Program-made: the position numbers and the translations under genes | Notes under the pieces: generated by a model | Told to the model about the DNA's origin: nothing | Database searches by the model: none | The model's input: the letters and a program-made list of their open reading frames with translations, nothing else | Source: a virus | Lineage: Duplodnaviria; Caudoviricetes | Direction: 5' to 3' (one strand) | DNA: 28,247 nucleotides | IMG/VR virus record: IMGVR_UViG_3300031977_000999 | Span: 1 to 28,247 of that record | Shown: positions 22,757-28,247 of the stretch, in pieces | Layout: each line of letters opens with the position of its first letter | How positions within the stretch are numbered: the first letter of the stretch is position 1

Positions 22757-23862
22757 AATCCTACGAAGAAAAAACACAGAAATACGCTACGTGGGGAGAC
22801 AAGTATCTTCAACATACCGATGTGTTGTACTCGATACAATACGAGGACAAGTTCAAACCGATCAATGTACAACTTTGTTTGTGTGAGGTTTGTGACAGCG
22901 ACTGTCCGTTCTGTTCTGTGGCTGCGAGACCACTCAAGAGTTACATACCGTGGGAGAAACTAACAAAAATGTTGGTTGACTTCCGCGAGATGGGCGCAAA
23001 GGCATTAGAGATTACTGGTGGAGGTAATCCTATGTTGTATCGTGACAGACAGGCAAAAAAGACAATCAGTGATGTTGTGGAGTTTGCAGGAGAACTAGGT
23101 TTTGATATTGGTATCATCACCAACTCAGAGAATATCGAACGTCACCTCAACCCCGAAGTCTTCAAGTATGTTAATTGGTTGCGAGTCAGTCTGATCAAAC
23201 TAGACGAAGGTAAGGAACCCACAGACTACAACTTTGGTTCGTTTCCTCGTGACAAGATTGGCCTGAGTTACATCATCTATGATGGTACGGGTGACGCACC
23301 AGATGAACTGTCACGTACCAACAAGATCTATGAAGGTACAACACCGAAGACAATCGAGAAGATTGTAGAGATCATCAAGTTAAATCCAGAGATCAAGTTC
23401 TGCCGTCTTGCAGGTAATGCATTGATCAAGAACGCACAGGTTCAGGTTCAGGAGAAGTGGCGTGAGACTATACAACGTTTGGATGCGTTTGACAAGTTCT
23501 TTATCAAGGAGATCTGGGATAACTGTGAACCCTATGATGAAGGATGTTATGTGGGTCTGACACGTCCATACATCGCGCCACACCCCGATGGCGGAGACTA
23601 TCAGGTTTATGTATGCACAAGTCACGTACTAGAGAAGAGAACCTATGACATGGATTTCTCGATCGGAAGTATTGACAATGTCAAAGAAATATGGGATAAT
23701 TGTAACTTGCAATATGCCAAAACTGGTGTACCCTATGTAATAAGAGGTGCGGGTGATGGTGGCTGGAAAGATGCCTGCCCGAACTGTTTCTATTTCAACA
23801 ACAACAAACTGTTGCACACAGTATCGCAACGAATGCACGAGGACGACAGGAACTTCGCATGA
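22753..23862 (+). CDS. Radical SAM protein with C-terminal Cys-rich domain
   Basis: Start reassigned to ATG 22753. CDSDCPFC, ITGGGNP, IITN, WLRVSL, and C-terminal CY..VYVC..IGSI..W..C..C. Confidence 0.9.
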   Translation: MKSYEEKTQKYATWGDKYLQHTDVLYSIQYEDKFKPINVQLCLCEVCDSDCPFCSVAARPLKSYIPWEKLTKMLVDFREMGAKALEITGGGNPMLYRDRQAKKTISDVVEFAGELGFDIGIITNSENIERHLNPEVFKYVNWLRVSLIKLDEGKEPTDYNFGSFPRDKIGLSYIIYDGTGDAPDELSRTNKIYEGTTPKTIEKIVEIIKLNPEIKFCRLAGNALIKNAQVQVQEKWRETIQRLDAFDKFFIKEIWDNCEPYDEGCYVGLTRPYIAPHPDGGDYQVYVCTSHVLEKRTYDMDFSIGSIDNVKEIWDNCNLQYAKTGVPYVIRGAGDGGWKDACPNCFYFNNNKLLHTVSQRMHEDDRNFA

Positions 23863-24443
23863 CAAACGCTTTTGATGAATCATATTATAAGACAGTGAAC
23901 TATATCGACTTTCTGCAACGGAAAGATCGTTATGTAAAACTTGCAGAAGACATCGATGGATTACTACAGAAACTTCACCTTAACAATGGACCTGTTCTTG
24001 ACTTTGGGTGTGCAGTTGGTTTTGTAGTTGAAGCGATGGAAGATCGTGGATACGAAGATGTTCGTGGTGTTGATATCAGTGAGTGGGCAATTTCTCAGTG
24101 CAAAGAGAAGGGACTGGATTGCAGTCATGAAGTAGATTATGATGAAAACTGGGGACTGACGTTTTGTCTTGATGTATTAGAACATATGTCTGAGGAAGAG
24201 GTGGACGATTTTCTTGATCGACTCATAAGTCGTGCAATTGTTTTTCGTGTGCCTGTATGTGCAAATGAAGGTGAAGACTACGTTCTAGAATGTTCTCGAA
24301 AAGATCCTACCCACCAGATTCGGTGGACTGCGGATCAATGGATTGAAAAGATGGAATACAACGGATACATTGTTTTAAGTATGAATCTTCCTACAATTTA
24401 TTCATCCGGAGGTGTCTTCGCGGGACTGGCTATTGCACTATGA
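23859..24443 (+). CDS. Class I SAM-dependent methyltransferase
   Basis: VLDFGCAVG, GVDISEWA, DVLEH, DPTH. Confidence 0.9.
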   Translation: MTNAFDESYYKTVNYIDFLQRKDRYVKLAEDIDGLLQKLHLNNGPVLDFGCAVGFVVEAMEDRGYEDVRGVDISEWAISQCKEKGLDCSHEVDYDENWGLTFCLDVLEHMSEEEVDDFLDRLISRAIVFRVPVCANEGEDYVLECSRKDPTHQIRWTADQWIEKMEYNGYIVLSMNLPTIYSSGGVFAGLAIAL

Positions 24444-24904
24444 AAATCATTTGTCACCGTGGTAACCTGAACGGACCCAATGCAATGACTGAGAACCATC
24501 CTATGCAGATCGATAAGTGTATTGAGAAGGGTTATGATGTGGAGATTGATCTACGGGTAGGAGATGGTATCTGGTTGGGACACGACGAACCACAATATCC
24601 CATCACAAAAGAATGGTTGATGTTACGGTCACGTAATCTGTGGATTCATTGTAAAAACATTGAAGCGATGATATTTCTTCGTGAACGTGCACCTCATCTA
24701 CATTATTTCTGGCATCAAGAGGATGATTATACGTTGACTTCACATGGTTGGTGTTGGGCATATCCAAATAAACCTGTGCCAGAACCAAATCCAGATTCTT
24801 TTTATAGTCTTCGTTCTGTGTGTGTTATGCCGGAGATATATAACTCCGACGTAACAAATTTTCAAGCCGTGTGCACAGACTATGTTGAAACTTATACTAT
24901 TTGA
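24440..24904 (+). CDS. Minimal glycerophosphodiester phosphodiesterase (GDPD)-like protein
   Basis: IICHRGN, EN, GYDVEIDL, LGHD, WIHCKN, VCTDY. Confidence 0.8.
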   Translation: MKIICHRGNLNGPNAMTENHPMQIDKCIEKGYDVEIDLRVGDGIWLGHDEPQYPITKEWLMLRSRNLWIHCKNIEAMIFLRERAPHLHYFWHQEDDYTLTSHGWCWAYPNKPVPEPNPDSFYSLRSVCVMPEIYNSDVTNFQAVCTDYVETYTI

Positions 24905-26231
24905 TCTTGACGGTGTTCTCGTAGATGCAAAAGGAATTCACTACGAAGCACTAAATCAAGCACTGGGTGAGTTCTGGGCGATAACGCCAGAAGAACACCG
25001 GAACATCTATGATGGTCGCAAGACAGTCGAAAAGTTGCAGATGTTGACCGAACGTAAGGGTCTTCCCGTAGACTTGCACGACTCTATCTCCATTGAGAAA
25101 CAACTTCTGACCGTGAAGATGTTACATGACCTTCCGCAGAACAAAAAGGCGCAAGCACTGTTCAAAATGTTAGAAGCGCAGGGATACATGATTGGAGTAT
25201 GTTCGAACAGTATTCGTCGCACTGTTCTCACCGCACTGTCTAAGTCTGGACTTATCGAGTATTGTTCTGTTATCCTCTCCAACGAGGATGTAAAAAACTC
25301 TAAACCCCATCCAGAGATATACTGGAAAGCAATGTCAATGATGGGTGTTCTACCCGAAGAAACCATGATCGTGGAAGACTCACCGCCAGGCCTTCTCGCG
25401 GCAGAACGTTCACGTGCACACTACATACGTGTAGCAAACCCGACTGAAGTAAACATTCAGAATATCATACCTAGAATCAAGGAGATGGATCATACTATGA
25501 ACAACAAGTGGAAAGATGAAAAACTAAATGTTTTGATTCCTATGGCCGGTGCGGGAACACGATTTAGTCAAGCAGGATACACATTCCCCAAACCTCTCAT
25601 TGATGTCAACGGTAAACCTATGATTCAGGTTGTGGTAGAGAATCTTGGACTCGACGCAAACTTTATCTTCGTGGTGCAAAAGGAACACCGTGAGAAGTTT
25701 CATTTGGAAAACATGTTACCACTCATTGCGCCAAACTGTAAGATTGTTGAGGTGGATGGAATTACAGAGGGCGCTGCATGTACTGCACTTCTTGCAAAAG
25801 AATACATCGACAACGACGCACCATTGTTCTTTGCAAACAGTGATCAGTGGGTAGACTGGAATCCCGTACAGTTCATGTATGACATGCAAGAGACTGAGGC
25901 AGACGGTGGTATCGTAACATTCAAAGCGACACACCCCAAGTGGTCATTCGCGAAGGTCAACTCATACGGTATTGTTACGGAGGTTGCAGAGAAGAACCCA
26001 ATCAGTGACGACGCGACTGTCGGATACTACTACTGGAAACGCGGTTCAGACTTTGTCAAGTTTGCGGAACAAATGATCGACCGTGACATTCGAGTTAACA
26101 ATGAGTTCTATGTCTGTCCCGTATTCAACGAAGCAATCGAAGCTGGTATGGAGATTCGAACTCACACCGCAAAGGCAATGTGGGGACTAGGCACACCCGA
26201 AGACCTAGAGTATTTCTTGAAGGAAAAGTAA
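24882..26231 (+). CDS. HAD phosphatase fused to a sugar nucleotidyltransferase-like (BcbE-like) domain
   Basis: N-domain FDLDGVL, CSNS, KPHPEIY, VEDS..G. C-domain LIPMAGAGTRF..PKPLI, GAACT, ANSDQ, AEK.PIS, EFYV.P, LGTPEDL. Confidence 0.9.
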   Translation: MLKLILFDLDGVLVDAKGIHYEALNQALGEFWAITPEEHRNIYDGRKTVEKLQMLTERKGLPVDLHDSISIEKQLLTVKMLHDLPQNKKAQALFKMLEAQGYMIGVCSNSIRRTVLTALSKSGLIEYCSVILSNEDVKNSKPHPEIYWKAMSMMGVLPEETMIVEDSPPGLLAAERSRAHYIRVANPTEVNIQNIIPRIKEMDHTMNNKWKDEKLNVLIPMAGAGTRFSQAGYTFPKPLIDVNGKPMIQVVVENLGLDANFIFVVQKEHREKFHLENMLPLIAPNCKIVEVDGITEGAACTALLAKEYIDNDAPLFFANSDQWVDWNPVQFMYDMQETEADGGIVTFKATHPKWSFAKVNSYGIVTEVAEKNPISDDATVGYYYWKRGSDFVKFAEQMIDRDIRVNNEFYVCPVFNEAIEAGMEIRTHTAKAMWGLGTPEDLEYFLKEK

Positions 26232-26890
26232 TGTATCCCGAACCCGCAAGTTGGAAACTTCCCAACAAAGAAACATTTTACACTGGTTTCAAACTGAGAA
26301 ACGAGTTGTACTCCATGACGCTCCCTGATTGGGAGATCGCAGAAAAGTATCTGACGAAGAAACGTCGATGTCTTGATATTGGTGGTCATGTTGGGACGAC
26401 TGCACTAAGATACGCAAATAACTTTCAACACGTCTATTCGTGGGAACCTCTCTACACCGAAGAGTTCAAAGAGAACCTTGCACATGTAAACAACATTACC
26501 CTTTACGAACAGGCTGCATCCGACTGCAAAGAGTTAGTCCACATTATCAGACGTAAAGGTAACTCTGGTTTAACAATGATTGCGACACCAGACAACGAAA
26601 GTTACAAGAAGAGAGGCGCGTATGAGTTAGTCGAGACTCCGGTTCAGACCATGCGGATCGATGACTTGCACCTTGAACAGATAGACTTTGTGAAGATGGA
26701 TACCGAAGGTTTCGTTTTAAAACCGTTACTGGGAATGGTAGACACACTGGAACAAAACGACTGGCCTCTGTTGCAGATAGAGTTCAACAATCTATGTCCG
26801 AACAAGACTGAATGTGTCAGCCTGTTGAGTGCGTTAGGTTATGAGAAGGTCGATGAGTTCCACGTCGATGAGTTTTACATGAGAACATAA
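26231..26890 (+). CDS. FkbM-family methyltransferase
   Basis: Start reassigned to ATG 26231 (TAATG). CLDIGGHVG, SWEP, RIDDL..IDFVKMDTEG, P.LQIE. Confidence 0.88.
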   Translation: MYPEPASWKLPNKETFYTGFKLRNELYSMTLPDWEIAEKYLTKKRRCLDIGGHVGTTALRYANNFQHVYSWEPLYTEEFKENLAHVNNITLYEQAASDCKELVHIIRRKGNSGLTMIATPDNESYKKRGAYELVETPVQTMRIDDLHLEQIDFVKMDTEGFVLKPLLGMVDTLEQNDWPLLQIEFNNLCPNKTECVSLLSALGYEKVDEFHVDEFYMRT

Positions 26891-26891
26891 C

Positions 26892-27629
26892 ATGAAAGTC
26901 GCAGTTTGTGTAACAGGTTTAGTGAGATCAAAAAGTCCGCATGGTAACGTAAAACGTTATGCGGATATACATCGAGAACGTTTTCCCGATGCAGATTTTT
27001 TCTACACAACGTGGAGTGACCAACGTCCTAAGTTTGAGAAATACTTTGGTACCGATCAGAAGTGTTACTACTACGACCAGCCAGAAAAACCTTATCATCC
27101 ATACATCGATGTAGATCCTAAACACTACCTACATGAATACTATGCAGATCGAGTCACGTGGGCAAAACAACTAAACAAGACTGCGTGGACACATCATCAT
27201 GCAAAACAGATTATCAACTATGCATGGTTAGTGCGAGACATGCCAAAAGACTATGATGTGTTGGTTCGCATTCGGTTTGACAGTGTAATATCCAAACACA
27301 ATCAATTTGACTTTTACATAAAAGAAGCGTATAATAAGGGTACTGTACATGGATTTGCAGTAACACAGGCGCATCGATTCAATGAGTTCTATCACTCCGA
27401 TGCACCAAAACACAAGTATTATATGTTAGATCAAGGTATCATTCACCGTGCGGATACGTTTGATCCACAACTGACAATCGATGCATGGAACGAACAACGG
27501 TTATTGGCTGCTGAGTGGGGATGGTATCAGGCATTGAGTCATCCGCACGGAGGCATACACAAAAATCATCACGGGTTCATTAATCACGACGGACACGTGC
27601 AAGACATGTTTGTATTGGAGCACACATGA
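26892..27629 (+). CDS. Putative glycan-related protein (GT-A-like)
   Basis: MKVAVCVTG..R, DFFYTTW and YDVLVRIRFD, a pattern typical of proteins in polysaccharide loci. Confidence 0.6.
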   Translation: MKVAVCVTGLVRSKSPHGNVKRYADIHRERFPDADFFYTTWSDQRPKFEKYFGTDQKCYYYDQPEKPYHPYIDVDPKHYLHEYYADRVTWAKQLNKTAWTHHHAKQIINYAWLVRDMPKDYDVLVRIRFDSVISKHNQFDFYIKEAYNKGTVHGFAVTQAHRFNEFYHSDAPKHKYYMLDQGIIHRADTFDPQLTIDAWNEQRLLAAEWGWYQALSHPHGGIHKNHHGFINHDGHVQDMFVLEHT

Positions 27630-28247
27630 AAAATATTATTCTTCAACATTGGACAGGCCCTCTGGGTGAGTTAGAAGAAAGATCGAAAGCAAATATCGAA
27701 GAGTACGCAAAGTTTTGTGGAGCAGACTATCAACTCATAAAGGGTAACGTGTTTAGGAAACATCTGTCGACACCATGCCAAAAGATGATAATGTTAGACC
27801 CACAGTTCGATGAGTACGACACGGTGGTCATGATGGACATCGACATGTTCACTCGCAAGGGAATGACCAAGAACATATTTACTGACGACACGGGTGTTGG
27901 TCGACACTACGGAATCCAACCATCTCTACGTAAGAAACTATGCAACCGTTTCCCCTTGTTGGGTGATGAACGATATCCTTACTGGGGTGGATCAATCTAT
28001 CGGTTAGAGAAAGAGGTGCGTCAACAACTCCGTGTGCACATGATTGATTGGGAGATGGATCATTTCAACAACAATTACGAAGACGAAGGTATCATGCACC
28101 GTCTCGCAGTACGTGCAGACTTTACCGAAGAGGGTGCGTATCTGGATGACGACAAATGGAATCGTTCTTCGTTTGAAGAGAACGTAAGCGACGGATATAT
28201 AATTCACGTAAGACGTAAGATGAAGAACACGCCAGGCAGACCTTCGC
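27626..28247 (+). CDS. GT-A glycosyltransferase-like protein (partial, runs off window; absent from ORF track)
   Basis: MKNIILQHW..NIEEYAKFCGADY..QK..YDTVVMMDIDMF (DxD)..WGGS..DEGIMH..KWN..IIH. ATGA coupling, no stop before the window end. Confidence 0.75.
   Translation, partial: MKNIILQHWTGPLGELEERSKANIEEYAKFCGADYQLIKGNVFRKHLSTPCQKMIMLDPQFDEYDTVVMMDIDMFTRKGMTKNIFTDDTGVGRHYGIQPSLRKKLCNRFPLLGDERYPYWGGSIYRLEKEVRQQLRVHMIDWEMDHFNNNYEDEGIMHRLAVRADFTEEGAYLDDDKWNRSSFEENVSDGYIIHVRRKMKNTPGRPS

Noticed and set aside
22753-22782. MKSYEEKTQ N-terminus of the second radical SAM protein as a capsid-targeting peptide
   Set aside because: It has only superficial similarity, lacks the distal hydrophobic-x-Glu site, has no late promoter nearby, and sits mid-operon in an enzyme cluster.
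1654-25854. Alternative-frame + strand ORFs nested within genes (e.g. 1654, 3238, 9929, 10730, 11331, 13006, 14044, 17685, 18032, 19763, 21060, 25645)
   Set aside because: They are fully embedded in motif-bearing genes, with no convincing RBS or protein features.
65-28207. All minus-strand ORFs in the track (e.g. 1650-2204, 10728-11141, 13464-13877, 25007-25366)
   Set aside because: They lie antisense to well-supported, tightly coupled + strand genes, show no recognisable motifs, and have shadow-ORF composition.
1-28247. CRISPR array, tRNAs, long tandem repeats or stop-codon reassignment
   Set aside because: Intergenic gaps are under about 100 nt and I saw no repeat-spacer periodicity or cloverleaf by eye. 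Known genes are full length in the standard code, and TAA, TGA and TAG all serve as stops. A tRNAscan/Infernal run would be needed to exclude small RNAs.

Overview
This 28.2 kb window looks like a fragment of a large T4-like (myovirus-type) lytic phage genome infecting a Gram-negative, probably aquatic, host. Genes are tightly packed, all on the + strand, read in the standard genetic code, and often joined by ATGA/TAATG overlaps. T4-type late promoters (TATAAATA) and two near-consensus sigma70 promoters are present. Left to right: (1) 1-3044, small charged proteins, several with an N-terminal MxxFxxxxxE peptide like the T4 internal-head-protein capsid-targeting sequence, plus small membrane proteins; (2) 3107-6918, a late-promoter cassette of seven exported or membrane proteins, including a pilin-like and a chaperone-like protein but no usher, which is the best candidate for an undescribed system; (3) 6957-9793, conserved T4-like hypotheticals, a lipoprotein and a two-component spanin; (4) 9779-16120, nucleotide metabolism: ATP-cone-less nrdA with an internal glutaredoxin and an NrdR-box-like operator, FkbM methyltransferase, iscU, nrdB, a Zn-ribbon microprotein, a GIY-YIG nuclease and a carbamoyltransferase; (5) 16152-19601, a P-loop kinase, phoH, a T4-type lysozyme and small proteins; (6) 19603-end, a glycan synthesis/modification cluster of at least 8.6 kb. 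I saw no tRNA, rRNA, CRISPR array, intron or transposase. All assignments come from reading motifs by eye; no database search was run.
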